A stretch of 64,000 nucleotides of DNA from an uncultured Aquiluna sp. (GTDB lineage: Bacteria; Actinomycetota; Actinomycetes; Actinomycetales; Microbacteriaceae): contig CAJYLB010000001.1 of NCBI GenBank assembly GCA_913775595.1, positions 744,001 to 808,000 of the forward strand. Direction: 5' to 3'. Both the position numbers and the translations under genes were made by a program. Below are positions 1 through 10,075 of this stretch, piece by piece (within the stretch, counting starts at the first letter, position 1; every line of letters begins with the position of its first letter). The notes under the pieces are model-generated. The model did no database searches. It had not been told where the DNA came from and saw only the letters and a program-made list of their open reading frames with translations.

Positions 1-139
1 GGAGATTATTGCTCGGCACATCTCTGGAGAGCTTTACGGCGGTGAGCTACAGGTCGTGAAGAGCGAATATGGCCACGATGGTTTCCTGATCGAAATAGAA
101 CAGGTTGGAAGCAGGCTCAAGGGGCTGATTGAGTCATAG
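1..139 (+). CDS. metX: 3' end of homoserine O-acetyltransferase (partial)
   Basis: Frame 2 reads ...VKSEYGHDGFLIEIEQVGSRLKGLIES*; GHDxFL is the catalytic-His motif at the MetX C-terminus. TAG at 137-139. Not in the ORF track. Confidence 0.85.
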   Translation, partial: EIIARHISGELYGGELQVVKSEYGHDGFLIEIEQVGSRLKGLIES

Positions 140-149
140 AGTGGAGCCT

Positions 150-1316
150 GTGAATCTGCTCCGTTCCAAAATTGCCGTCTCATTTTTCTTCCTCTCCGGG
201 GGTTCGGCTTTAGCACTTTGGGCGGTGCACATTCCGCTTATTGAAAAGACCGTTGGAATTGACTACTCGGTTCTTGGAGCCCTGCTAATGTTCAGCGGCC
301 TGGGCGGCTTCGTGGCAATGCAGGTCTTTGGCTGGATGATCGACCACATCGGAAGTAAATCTGCAACGCGAATCGGTGGAGTTGCAGTGGGGCTCTCACT
401 ACTCGGACCGGCCTATGCGCAGGATGCGTTTTCCCTTGGGCTTGCAATCCTGCTTCTCGGCTTTGGAATCGCAGGGGTTGATGTGGGGATGAACGGTGCC
501 GCTCTGCAGGTAGAAAAAGAAAACAAGCGGCCGATATTCACGTTTTTCCACCTGTTTTGGTCCGTAGGGGGTTTGGCTGGAGCGGCTTTAGGGTTTGCCA
601 CTATCTCTGCAGGTTTTTCTCAAGCTCAGACGCTCCCGGTGGTGGGAATCACGCTAAGCATCGTTGGGCTACTGATGGCAGGCTGGCTTCTGCCTGATAA
701 GGCAAATGTTGACCGCACCCAAGAAAAGAGTGTCTCTAAAGCCTCAACCAAGGCAAACCGAAGTGTTCTGGGCTTTGTAATACTGGCGGGTCTCATGAGT
801 GCCTCTGGGGCAATCATTGAGGGAGTTGCCCACGATTGGTCTGCCCTATATCTCCGAGACATCCAGCTGGTTACTGCATCCAGTGCGGCCTGGGGACTGG
901 CTGCCTTCAACGTTGGAATGATCCTGGGTCGGATTTTTATTGACCGCATCGTGGAGGCTCGAGGTCGAGGCTTCGTGATTGTCTGGGGATCGCTCGCAGC
1001 AGCCGTCGCAATTGGCCTGCAGTCCATTGCCCCCAACTACTCGCTCTCGCTCTTCTTCTGGTTCCTCCTCGGCCTAGGTATCTCGGGAGTTGTACCGCAG
1101 CTATTCGCAGCTGGTGGCGAGATTGGTGAGGCAACGCACTCAGGGCGCAACATGGCGAGGGTTGTTGGAATTACATACATTGGCGGTCTGGCCGGTCCTT
1201 CAATCATTGGACTTCTAACTCTCGCTGTTCCGTTGAACATCGCAATTGGCTGGGGCTCCCTGCTTGGACTGTTTATAGTTTTGGCCTGGCCTCAGCTTGG
1301 AAAGCTAAATAAATGA
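150..1316 (+). CDS. MFS transporter
   Basis: About 12 hydrophobic segments, MFS loop motif GWMIDHIGSK. Start moved to GTG 150, 7 nt after TAGAGT. Confidence 0.85.
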   Translation: MNLLRSKIAVSFFFLSGGSALALWAVHIPLIEKTVGIDYSVLGALLMFSGLGGFVAMQVFGWMIDHIGSKSATRIGGVAVGLSLLGPAYAQDAFSLGLAILLLGFGIAGVDVGMNGAALQVEKENKRPIFTFFHLFWSVGGLAGAALGFATISAGFSQAQTLPVVGITLSIVGLLMAGWLLPDKANVDRTQEKSVSKASTKANRSVLGFVILAGLMSASGAIIEGVAHDWSALYLRDIQLVTASSAAWGLAAFNVGMILGRIFIDRIVEARGRGFVIVWGSLAAAVAIGLQSIAPNYSLSLFFWFLLGLGISGVVPQLFAAGGEIGEATHSGRNMARVVGITYIGGLAGPSIIGLLTLAVPLNIAIGWGSLLGLFIVLAWPQLGKLNK

Positions 1317-2389
1317 GTTTGCTGTTCACCCCGATAACGATCCGCTCCCTAGAGATCAAGAACCGGCTGTGGGTCTCGCCGATGTGCATGTATTCGTGCG
1401 AAAACCAAGACGGCGTTGTCGGTGACTGGCACCTCGTCCATCTCGGTTCGAGAGCTATCGGTGGTGCAGGTCTAGTCATGGCAGAGGCAACCGCGGTGAA
1501 CCCCGAGGGAAGAATCTCTCCATGGTGTCCCGGCATTTGGAGCGATGAGCAGATCCCTGGCTGGAAAAAAGTTACCGACTTCATCCGCAGCGCAGGTTCG
1601 GTAAGCGCGCTCCAGCTAGCGCATGCCGGCCGCAAGGCGAGCACCTACCGAGCCTGGTCCGGGTCGGGCACCGTGCCCATTTCTGATGGGGGCTGGCAGA
1701 GCTACTCCGCAACCCATGTTGCCTTTGAGGGCTACAGCGCGCCAAGGATGCTAGGGACCGAAGAGGTGAGGGAGCTCGTCGGAGATTTTCGAGCTGCCGC
1801 TCGTAGGTCCGTGGCGGCAGGATTTGATGCTCTGGAGATTCATGCCGCTCACGGCTACCTAATTCACCAGTTCCTCTCCCCCATCACCAACCAAAGAACA
1901 GACGAGTTTGGCGGGGACCTGGAAAACAGAGCCCGCCTGCTGCTCGAGATTGTCAGTGCGGTGCGTGAGGAGATAGGCGAGGACATGCCACTTATGGTCA
2001 GATTCAGCGCGACCGACTACGTGGACGGCGGCTGGGACCAGGAGCAAACCAACCAGGTTGCAATCTGGGCGCGAGAGGCCGGTGCAGACCTATTCGACAT
2101 CAGCTCAGGTGGCCTGGTGACAGGCGTAAAGATTCCATCTGGCCCTGGTTACCAAGTGAAGTTCAGCCAGTCAGCTCACGAGGCAACAGGATCTAATGTC
2201 TCTGCCGTTGGGCAGATAACCACAGCCAGGCAGGCCGAGGAAATTCTCCAATCGGGTCAGGTCGATGTGATCATGGCGGCCAGGCAGTTTCTCAGAGATC
2301 CCTACTTCCCACTTAGAGCAGCCCACGAGCTTGGAGATGAAGTTTCTTGGCCCGTGCAATACGAGCGGGGCAAGTTCCCTAGCGCCTAG
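1313..2389 (+). CDS. NADH:flavin oxidoreductase, Old Yellow Enzyme family (YqjM/NamA-like)
   Basis: SPMCMYS, QLAHAGRK, EIHAAHGYLIHQFLSP, NQRTDEFGG motifs; ATGA/TAAATG coupling to the MFS gene. Confidence 0.92.
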   Translation: MSLLFTPITIRSLEIKNRLWVSPMCMYSCENQDGVVGDWHLVHLGSRAIGGAGLVMAEATAVNPEGRISPWCPGIWSDEQIPGWKKVTDFIRSAGSVSALQLAHAGRKASTYRAWSGSGTVPISDGGWQSYSATHVAFEGYSAPRMLGTEEVRELVGDFRAAARRSVAAGFDALEIHAAHGYLIHQFLSPITNQRTDEFGGDLENRARLLLEIVSAVREEIGEDMPLMVRFSATDYVDGGWDQEQTNQVAIWAREAGADLFDISSGGLVTGVKIPSGPGYQVKFSQSAHEATGSNVSAVGQITTARQAEEILQSGQVDVIMAARQFLRDPYFPLRAAHELGDEVSWPVQYERGKFPSA

Positions 2390-3419
2390 CGGTAGCGTCC
2401 TTAATCTCCCCGACCAGAACCTCGATGATGTCCTCGAGGAAAAGGCAGCCGGTGATTTTGCCGTCAGACGAGAAGCTTCTTGCGATGTGAGCTCCTGACT
2501 TTCGCATCTGTGCAAGTGCATCCTCGAGCTCGGCGCTGTCGGGGATAGAAATCATGGTTCGAAGCTTCTTGGTGGCGAGCGGTGTCGTGAACTTCTTTTC
2601 ATCGTCCGTGAGCGCATCTTTGATGTGCCAATATCCGATCAGGTCACCGTACTCGTTCTTTACGGGGTAGCGACTAAAGCCATGCTCGGCAACTGCTTCC
2701 TGCAGCTGCGCGGGAGAGGCGTCAGGTGCCAAAGTCACCAGCTCGGCAAGAGGGTGAGTGACATCACCCACGATTTTTTCCGTGAACTCAAATGTGTTCG
2801 AGATTGTCGCTGAGGCATCATCCAAGGTGCCGTGACGCCGTGATTCCGAGACGATGTCCTCAACCTGATCAAGTGTGAAAGCGGTATTTGCCTCATCCCT
2901 GGGTTCAAACCTAAACAGGCGCAAGATGCCGTTTGAGACTTGGTTTAGTAGCCAGACAACCGGCTTCACAACCTGTGCGACTCCATATAGCAGCGGTGCT
3001 AGCACCAGGGCCGCAGAGGTTGGGATTGAGATTGCGATGTTCTTCGGGAGCATCTCCCCCAGCACCACGTGCAAATAGGTGACCAGCAGCAGCGCAACTA
3101 CAAAGCTGACCACATAGGTGGTCTGGTAGTCGAGTCCCAGTGCTCCGAGCGGAATCTCGAGCAGGTGGTGAATGGCAGGCTCGGCGATTACTAGAAGTAG
3201 CAACGCAGCAATCGTGATACCAAGCTGAGCGGTCGCGAGCATCAGGGATACCTGCTCCATAGCCTTGAGGGTTATCTTTGCAAGCCTGTTTCCCTCGTCA
3301 GCCTTTGGCTCAATCTGGGCCCTGCGCGCAGAAATTACAGCGAATTCGCTTCCCACAAAGAATGCGCTCATGGCCAAAAGCACTACCAGCCAGACAAGGC
3401 CAATCAGATCACTCGCCAC
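2379..3419 (-). CDS. CNNM (DUF21)-CBS membrane protein (hemolysin/TlyC-like family)
   Basis: FFVGSEFAVISARR, QLGIT, GEMLPKN, GFSRYPV, LEDIIEVLVGEI. Confidence 0.9.
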   Translation of the reverse strand: MASDLIGLVWLVVLLAMSAFFVGSEFAVISARRAQIEPKADEGNRLAKITLKAMEQVSLMLATAQLGITIAALLLLVIAEPAIHHLLEIPLGALGLDYQTTYVVSFVVALLLVTYLHVVLGEMLPKNIAISIPTSAALVLAPLLYGVAQVVKPVVWLLNQVSNGILRLFRFEPRDEANTAFTLDQVEDIVSESRRHGTLDDASATISNTFEFTEKIVGDVTHPLAELVTLAPDASPAQLQEAVAEHGFSRYPVKNEYGDLIGYWHIKDALTDDEKKFTTPLATKKLRTMISIPDSAELEDALAQMRKSGAHIARSFSSDGKITGCLFLEDIIEVLVGEIKDATARR

Positions 3420-4713
3420 CGGTCACCTCCGGCGAATACTTGATGCGATCAACACGCCTGCCGTCCATGCGAATGACCCTGAGCTGCCCGGTTGGTAGCT
3501 CCACGAGATCGCCCTCTTGGGGTATCTTGCCAAGCTCCGCCATGACGAACCCGGCCATGGTGTCGTAATCCTCATCGTCCGCAATCTCGAGGCCTACCTC
3601 ACGAAGCTCTGAGGGTCTGGCCAAACCACTGAAGGTCACAGACCCATCTGCTGCGGTCAAAATGGGCGCCTTGGCTCTGTCGTGCTCATCTGCGAGCTCA
3701 CCGACAAGCTCCTCAACGGCATCCTCCAGTGTGACGATGCCGGCTGTGCCGCCATATTCGTCAACCACAACACCAAATTGCAGGCCGCGGTTGCGAAGGT
3801 GAAGAATCAGGTTGTCAAGTGGCATGGTCTCTGGAACCCGGACCGGCTCCACCATGACTGCCGTCACCGGAACGTTGCTTCTTCGGCCCAGGGGAATCGC
3901 GACGGCCTGTTTGACGTGAGCGACACCAATGATGTCGTCCGCATCCTCTCCGAGAATTGGGAAGCGCGAGTGCCCTGACTCCCGTGACAGAGTTACAAGG
4001 TCGGCACTACTTTGCTCCCTCTCGAGCGAGTGCATCTTTGGCCGCGGGGTCATGATGTCGCTCGCGGTAAGAGTGCTCATGCTCAGGGTCTTCTCGAGAA
4101 GCTTTGCGGTGTCTGACTCCAGCGAACCCAGGGTTGCTGACCTGCGGACTAGAGAGGCAAGCTCCTCGGCAGTTCTTGCGGCCGAAAGCTCCTCTTTCGG
4201 CTCAATGCCAAACCGTCTAACGAACCAGTTGCCGTTGTTGTTCAAAAAGACAATGAGCGGCTTGAAGATGAAAGTGAATCCCAGTTGGAAGGCCGCAACA
4301 AGTTTGAGAACCTTTCGTGGGGCACTGAGCGCCATGTTCTTTGGCACCAATTCGCCGATAAGGAAGCTTGCGACCGTCGCGATGGTCATTGCCAGCACCA
4401 CGGATAGCGCGGAGATTGTTCCATCGTCTAAACCGAGAGAGTTCAGCCATGGGCTCAAAAGTCTAGACAACGCCGGCTCGGCAACGAATCCAGTGAGAAG
4501 GGTGGTTAGGGTAATGCCCAGCTGTGCGGAAGAGAGCTGGGTGGCAGTTGTAGCAACCGCCTTGATTGGAAGATCTAGGCCCTTTTCACCCTCGGCCTTG
4601 CGAGACTCCAGGTCGACTCGATCGACATTGATGATTGCGAATTCGCTGGCGACAAATAGGCCGGTGCCGAGCACCAAAAGCACACCGAAAACTAAGAGCA
4701 GGTAATCGCTCAA
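3409..4713 (-). CDS. CNNM-CBS-CorC membrane protein (hemolysin/TlyC-like family)
   Basis: FVASEFA, QLGITLTT, GELVPKN, GHSRFP, VVDEYGGTAGIVTLED, C-terminal CorC domain; tandem paralog of the downstream gene. Confidence 0.92.
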   Translation of the reverse strand: MSDYLLLVFGVLLVLGTGLFVASEFAIINVDRVDLESRKAEGEKGLDLPIKAVATTATQLSSAQLGITLTTLLTGFVAEPALSRLLSPWLNSLGLDDGTISALSVVLAMTIATVASFLIGELVPKNMALSAPRKVLKLVAAFQLGFTFIFKPLIVFLNNNGNWFVRRFGIEPKEELSAARTAEELASLVRRSATLGSLESDTAKLLEKTLSMSTLTASDIMTPRPKMHSLEREQSSADLVTLSRESGHSRFPILGEDADDIIGVAHVKQAVAIPLGRRSNVPVTAVMVEPVRVPETMPLDNLILHLRNRGLQFGVVVDEYGGTAGIVTLEDAVEELVGELADEHDRAKAPILTAADGSVTFSGLARPSELREVGLEIADDEDYDTMAGFVMAELGKIPQEGDLVELPTGQLRVIRMDGRRVDRIKYSPEVTGGE

Positions 4714-4823
4714 GCGATCACCCGCGACCTATGTCTGTCAAGCTCCATTTCAGGAAACACTATAACCGCCTAATTGGCTAGACTTGTCTGAGTTTCGCAA
4801 GCTTTCTAACAAGAGGGGAACCC

Positions 4824-7800
4824 TTGTCCTCCAGCGATAATGGCAATTCTGGGGCTGATTTCGGGGCAAACGAGTGGCTCGTTGCCGAGATGTATGCCAA
4901 ATGGCAAGAAAACCCAGACTCTGTAGACAAATCTTGGATTCCAATTCTTGAGCGCTACCAGCTCTCCGGGGGATCTCCGGTGGCCAGCGCGAACAAAGAG
5001 GAATCAGATCCCACAACAGGCTCTATCACCGTGATCGATACCGACTCGACGGTGGTGAGCAAGTTCGACCCCGCAGCACCTGCTCCGGCAACCGAGGCAA
5101 TCACCGTGCCGGTGGCAAAGACCATTGATGACGCCCCCGCGACCGCTCCCGTTCCAGCTGACCTTCCAGCAACAGGTTCGATTCCTATCCCAACCGTTGA
5201 GGAGGAAGAGGCTCAGCCTGATATAACAATTCTCAAGGGCATGTCCAAGGCTTTGGCCTCGAACATGGATGCTTCGCTCAGCGTCCCTACCGCAACCAGC
5301 GTCCGTCAGGTCCCTGCCAAAGTGCTAATCGACAACCGCATCGTTGTGAACTCACACCTGAAGCGCACTCGTGGTGGCAAAGTTTCATTCACCCACATCA
5401 TTGGCTACGCGGTAATTCAGGCGCTGAAAGAGCTTCCCGGCCAGAACGTCTTCTACGACGAGATTGATGGCAAGCCCGCTTCCGTTGTGCCACCGCACGT
5501 TAACTTTGGTCTGGCCATCGATGTCCCAAAGCCCGACGGCACCAGAGCCCTCCTGGTTCCAAACATCAAGCGAGCGCAAAAGCTCAACTTTGCAGAATTT
5601 GTCTCCGCGTACGAGGACATCGTCCGTAGGGCGAGAGACAACAAGCTAACTGCCGAGGACTACCAGGGAACGACCATTTCGTTGACCAACCCGGGAGGCA
5701 TTGGAACGGTTCACTCCGTGCCAAGGCTCACCAAGGGTCAGGGCTCGATCATCGGAGTCGGGGCCCTGGAGTATCCGGCCCAGTTCAAGGGCATGAGCGA
5801 GGATCAGCTCGCGGAACAGGGTGTTGGAAAAGTCCTCACCCTGACATCAACCTACGATCACAGGGTCATCCAGGGTGCTGGATCTGGCGAGTTCCTCAAG
5901 ATTGTCGAGGAGCTTCTGCTTGGTGAGCGCAGCTTCTATGACCAAATCTTCGCAGACATGCGTATCCCATACACCCCTGTGGTTTGGGTCAGCGACTTCC
6001 ACTGGGACCTGGCTGACCAGTCCGGTAAGAACACTCGGATCCAGGAGTACATCAACGCTTTCCGAGTTCGCGGACACCTCATTGCAGACATAGACCCTCT
6101 CGAGTATGTCCAGCGCTGGCACCCCGACCTTGACATTCGAAATTACGGCCTAAGTCTTTGGGACCTAGACCGGACCTTCAAAACCGGTGGCTTCGGCGGC
6201 AGGGTAAAGGCAAAGTTCCGCAACATCCTCGGCATCCTGCGTGACACCTACTGCCGCACCATCGGCGTTGAGTACATGCACATCCAGGACCCGCAAGAAC
6301 GCCGCTGGTTCCAGGAGCAACTTGAGCAGCCCTACAAAAAGCCATCCAAGGAAGAGCAGTTCAGAATCCTGAACAAGCTCAACGAGGCTGAAGCCTTCGA
6401 GACCTTCCTGCAGACCAAATTTGTCGGCCAGAAGCGGTTCTCCCTCGAAGGTAGTGAGTCCCTTATTCCAGCGCTTGACCAAATTCTTCAGGCTGCTGCC
6501 GATGCTGAGCTCGAGGAGGCGGCAATCGGCATGGCACACCGCGGCAGGCTGAACGTGCTCACCAACATCGCCGGAAAGACCTACTCCCAGGTGTTCCGTG
6601 AGTTCGAGGGCTCAACTGACCCTAGAAGCGTCCAGGGTTCTGGAGATGTGAAGTATCACCTCGGAACAGAGGGCGTGTTCACCTCCGGTCACGGCACACA
6701 GATCAAGGTGTCTCTAGCCGCTAACCCATCGCACCTAGAGGCTGTTAACCCCGTGCTCGAGGGTATTGTTCGTGCCAAGCAGGACAGGCTTGGAAACCCT
6801 GAGAGCTATCCAGTGCTGCCAATTTTGGTGCACGGAGATGCCGCCTTTGCAGGACAGGGTGTGGTCCCAGAGACCATGCAGCTTTCTCAACTAGATGGCT
6901 TCAAGACTGGCGGAACCATCCACGTGGTTGTGAACAACCAGGTTGGCTTCACCACTTTGCCAAAAGACTCCCGAAGCTCCATCTACTGCACCGACTTTGC
7001 AAAGGGCATCCAGGCCCCAATCTTCCACGTGAATGGGGACGACCCAGAGGCGGTTGTAAGAGTCGCTCAGCTTGCCTTTGAGTACCGCCAGCAGTTTAAG
7101 AAGGATGTCGTAATCGACATTGTCTGCTACAGGCGCCGCGGTCACAACGAGGGTGATGACCCTTCGATGACCCAGCCGATGATGTACAACCTGATCGAGG
7201 CCAAGCGAAGCGTTCGCACCCTGTACATGGACAACCTCATTGGCAGAGGCGACATCACCCAGGAAGAGTTCGATGAGGCCAATGCCAGGTTCCAGGCGTC
7301 GCTGGAAAATGCCTTTGTCGAGGTCCACGAGGCCATGAGCCAGCCCGTTGCTCTACCAGAGCGGCCAGTGGGAATTGGCACGACTGCCAGCGAAAAGCAG
7401 GAGCTTGTCCGGTCAACCGCTATCACGAAAGAAGTTGTCGAGGCTATTGGAAATGCCCACGCCAACACCCCTGACGGATTCACCGTGCATCCAAAGCTCG
7501 CTCAGCTTTTGCAGAAGCGAATAGAGATGAGCCGAGAGGGCGGCATCGACTGGGGCTTTGGAGAGCTCATCGCATTTGGTTCACTCCTACTCGAGGGCAT
7601 CAACGTAAGGCTCACGGGACAGGATTCAGGCCGTGGAACTTTCGTTCAGCGCCACGCGAGCTTCTTTGATCGCGAAACGGGCAAGGAGTGGATGCCTCTG
7701 AGCTATGTCTCTGAGCAGCAGGCTCGGTTCCAGGTCTACAACTCGCTGCTGAGTGAGTTCGCAGCGCTTGGGTTTGAGTATGGCTACTCGGTAGAGGAGC

Positions 7801-8561
7801 CAGACTCGCTAACGCTTTGGGAAGCCCAATTTGGTGACTTCGTAAACGGAGCCCAGACGATCACCGACGAATTCATCTCTTCTGGAGACCAGAAGTGGAT
7901 GCAGCAGTCCTCACTTGTGATGCTGCTGCCTCACGGTTATGAGGGGCAAGGACCAGATCACTCCTCGGCAAGAATTGAGAGATTCCTCCAGCTTTGCGCC
8001 GAGAACAACATGACGGTCGCGCAACCTTCTACCCCGGCAAGTCACTTCCACCTCCTCAGGCGTCAGGCCTACACCAAGCCAAAGCGTCCGCTGGTGGTCT
8101 TCTCCCCCAAGTCGATGCTCAGGCTAAAGGCAGCTTCCTCAGCGGTTGAGGACTTCACAACTGGTAGCTTCCTACCACTGATCAACGACCAACAGGGTCT
8201 CGAGCCTCAGAATGTGAAGCGCATCCTGTTCTGCTCCGGCAAGGTCTATTGGGATCTTTTGGCCGAGAGCCAGAAGCGCGCAACGGGCGACACAGCAATT
8301 GTCCGCCTGGAGCAGCTCTACCCAACACCGGTTGAAGAGATGAAGAAGGCAATAGAGCAGTTCCCAGGCGCGGAGCTGCGTTGGGTTCAGGATGAGCCTG
8401 CGAACCAGGGCCCATGGAGCTACATGGGTCTATTCATGCCTCGCTACGGAATCAACTTCAAGGTCATCTCAAGGCCAGCATCAGCATCCCCAGCAACCGG
8501 TTCGGCAAAGCGCCACGCGGCCGAGCAAGCAGACCTCATTGCAAGGGCCTTTGGGGACTAA
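4824..8561 (+). CDS. kgd: Multifunctional 2-oxoglutarate decarboxylase/dehydrogenase (E2-E1 fusion, Kgd/OdhA)
   Basis: FGANEWLV N-terminus, TYDHRVIQGA acyltransferase motif, GMAHRGRLN, HGDAAFAGQG ThDP motif; AGAGGGG SD before TTG. Confidence 0.97.
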   Translation: MSSSDNGNSGADFGANEWLVAEMYAKWQENPDSVDKSWIPILERYQLSGGSPVASANKEESDPTTGSITVIDTDSTVVSKFDPAAPAPATEAITVPVAKTIDDAPATAPVPADLPATGSIPIPTVEEEEAQPDITILKGMSKALASNMDASLSVPTATSVRQVPAKVLIDNRIVVNSHLKRTRGGKVSFTHIIGYAVIQALKELPGQNVFYDEIDGKPASVVPPHVNFGLAIDVPKPDGTRALLVPNIKRAQKLNFAEFVSAYEDIVRRARDNKLTAEDYQGTTISLTNPGGIGTVHSVPRLTKGQGSIIGVGALEYPAQFKGMSEDQLAEQGVGKVLTLTSTYDHRVIQGAGSGEFLKIVEELLLGERSFYDQIFADMRIPYTPVVWVSDFHWDLADQSGKNTRIQEYINAFRVRGHLIADIDPLEYVQRWHPDLDIRNYGLSLWDLDRTFKTGGFGGRVKAKFRNILGILRDTYCRTIGVEYMHIQDPQERRWFQEQLEQPYKKPSKEEQFRILNKLNEAEAFETFLQTKFVGQKRFSLEGSESLIPALDQILQAAADAELEEAAIGMAHRGRLNVLTNIAGKTYSQVFREFEGSTDPRSVQGSGDVKYHLGTEGVFTSGHGTQIKVSLAANPSHLEAVNPVLEGIVRAKQDRLGNPESYPVLPILVHGDAAFAGQGVVPETMQLSQLDGFKTGGTIHVVVNNQVGFTTLPKDSRSSIYCTDFAKGIQAPIFHVNGDDPEAVVRVAQLAFEYRQQFKKDVVIDIVCYRRRGHNEGDDPSMTQPMMYNLIEAKRSVRTLYMDNLIGRGDITQEEFDEANARFQASLENAFVEVHEAMSQPVALPERPVGIGTTASEKQELVRSTAITKEVVEAIGNAHANTPDGFTVHPKLAQLLQKRIEMSREGGIDWGFGELIAFGSLLLEGINVRLTGQDSGRGTFVQRHASFFDRETGKEWMPLSYVSEQQARFQVYNSLLSEFAALGFEYGYSVEEPDSLTLWEAQFGDFVNGAQTITDEFISSGDQKWMQQSSLVMLLPHGYEGQGPDHSSARIERFLQLCAENNMTVAQPSTPASHFHLLRRQAYTKPKRPLVVFSPKSMLRLKAASSAVEDFTTGSFLPLINDQQGLEPQNVKRILFCSGKVYWDLLAESQKRATGDTAIVRLEQLYPTPVEEMKKAIEQFPGAELRWVQDEPANQGPWSYMGLFMPRYGINFKVISRPASASPATGSAKRHAAEQADLIARAFGD

Positions 8562-8564
8562 GAA

Positions 8565-9164
8565 TTGCGCTCGATAAGGGTTGTCATCCTCGGAGACGAG
8601 CTTCTAACCGGAGCCGGTGACCCTAAGGGGCTGGGCTGGCTAGGCCGGGTTCAGGCGAGACTTCCAAAGGGTGAGAACGTCGCGTTTTTCCCACTCGCCA
8701 TGGTCGACGAGAATACCGGCGATCTCCTTGAGCGATGGAAGTCAGAGGCGCTAAAGCGCTTCTCGCCAGAGAGCGAGAACTACCTAGTTGTCGCGCTCTC
8801 CTCCAAAGACATTGAGGCCGGCACTACTATCTCGCGCTCCAGACTGAACCTCGCTTCGCTACTAGATGATGCCCAGCGAGAGGGCGTGAAGACGTTTGTG
8901 GTGGGGCCGACTCCGCTGGGTAATCCTGAATACGACGCCGAGGTTGAACACCTAAACGCCGGCTTCTACGACGTTGTTAAGCGCAGGCAGATTCGCTATG
9001 TCGACTGCTTCAGCCCTCTCAAGGATCACGAAGGCTGGCTTGGAGAGGTCACAGCCAGCGAGAGAAATCTTCCCGGTCAGGTCGGCTACGGCCTTATTGC
9101 CTGGCTCGTGCTGAATCGTGGCTGGTTTGAGTGGCTGGGTATGACTGAGGAAGATCAGTCGTGA
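8565..9164 (+). CDS. SGNH/GDSL-like hydrolase
   Basis: ILGDELLTGAGDPKGLGW block-I-like motif, P-x-x-x-GY C-terminal block; the catalytic Ser position reads Glu (GDEL). Confidence 0.7.
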   Translation: MRSIRVVILGDELLTGAGDPKGLGWLGRVQARLPKGENVAFFPLAMVDENTGDLLERWKSEALKRFSPESENYLVVALSSKDIEAGTTISRSRLNLASLLDDAQREGVKTFVVGPTPLGNPEYDAEVEHLNAGFYDVVKRRQIRYVDCFSPLKDHEGWLGEVTASERNLPGQVGYGLIAWLVLNRGWFEWLGMTEEDQS

Positions 9165-9397
9165 TCTTGCGCCTCGCGCAGGCGCTGCATGACTCGCTCG
9201 GCTAGCTCCTCGGTTGGAGCCTCATCGCAAGAGCGCTGAATTACCTGATTGAAGACAACTTCAATGTCATAGTGCTGCTCGCAGGAGTCGCAGTTTGCAA
9301 TGTGAGCGGTAATGACCTCTAGCTCGGTTTCGTGCATGGCCGAGTGGAGGTATTCGTGAACGTTGCGCTTGACGTCTTCGCAATCAACTTGCTTCAC
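9155..9397 (-). CDS. rshA: Zinc-binding anti-sigma factor (zf-HC2, RshA/RsrA-like)
   Basis: HIANCDSC HxxxCxxC motif, N-terminal Cys, coupled to the ECF sigma gene. Confidence 0.88.
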   Translation of the reverse strand: MKQVDCEDVKRNVHEYLHSAMHETELEVITAHIANCDSCEQHYDIEVVFNQVIQRSCDEAPTEELAERVMQRLREAQDHD

Positions 9398-9981
9398 GAC
9401 TCCTCCTTTTCATTGACGTCGTAACCTTCTTGCTTTGCGTAATCTTGCAACAAAGTTCTCAGCAATTTCTTCCCGCGGTGAAGTCGCGACATGACCGTTC
9501 CAACCGGAGTGTCCATAACCTCCGCAATTTCGGCATAGGGCAGACCCTCAACCACGGCGTAGTAGACCACCATTCGGAACTCATCCGGGATCTGATCCAT
9601 GGCGTCACGGATGACCTTGGCTGGCAGGTTATCGAGAGCCTCGAGCTCAGCGCTGCGATTAGTGCTGGAGGTAATGGACTCGCCTGAGCCGACTTGCCAG
9701 TCCTCTAGGTCATCCAGAGCAGTTTTTGCCTGATCCTTGTTGCGCTTGTTATAGAGGTTGATGTGGGTGTTGGTCATGATTCTGAAGAGCCATGCCTTCA
9801 GGTTTGTGCCCTGCTGGAACTTATCCCAGGCCGCATAAGCTTTGGCGAATGTCTCTTGGACCAAATCCTCAGCGTCTGAAGGATTCCTTGTCCAGCGCAG
9901 GGCGGCTCCGTAGAGCTGCGGCATAAGGGGAAGAGCTTGCTGCTCGAATGAAACTAGTTTTTCGCTCTTATCGCCGCTCAT
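9394..9981 (-). CDS. sigH: ECF sigma factor, SigH/SigR type
   Basis: [36 protein letters not shown] 9981 preferred over GTG 10002. Confidence 0.9.
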   Translation of the reverse strand: MSGDKSEKLVSFEQQALPLMPQLYGAALRWTRNPSDAEDLVQETFAKAYAAWDKFQQGTNLKAWLFRIMTNTHINLYNKRNKDQAKTALDDLEDWQVGSGESITSSTNRSAELEALDNLPAKVIRDAMDQIPDEFRMVVYYAVVEGLPYAEIAEVMDTPVGTVMSRLHRGKKLLRTLLQDYAKQEGYDVNEKEES

Positions 9982-10075
9982 TACTGGTAATTCTACCCGC
10001 ACACCTCTGACCCAACCTGCGGGCTAGCTAGGAAACTCGAGAGCATTTGATTGAGCTAAAAGGTATCTTTGTGAG

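Noticed and set aside
3929..4705. 258-aa plus-strand ORF and many other 60-180 aa ORFs antisense or out of frame to real genes
   Set aside because: Shadow ORFs of well-supported genes; Ser/Arg/Pro-rich, no motifs, no start signals.
2379..4713. Hemolysin-labelled genes (CNNM pair; also PAQR at 35734-36450) as toxins
   Set aside because: These families are Mg/Co homeostasis and membrane-homeostasis proteins; the names are historical.
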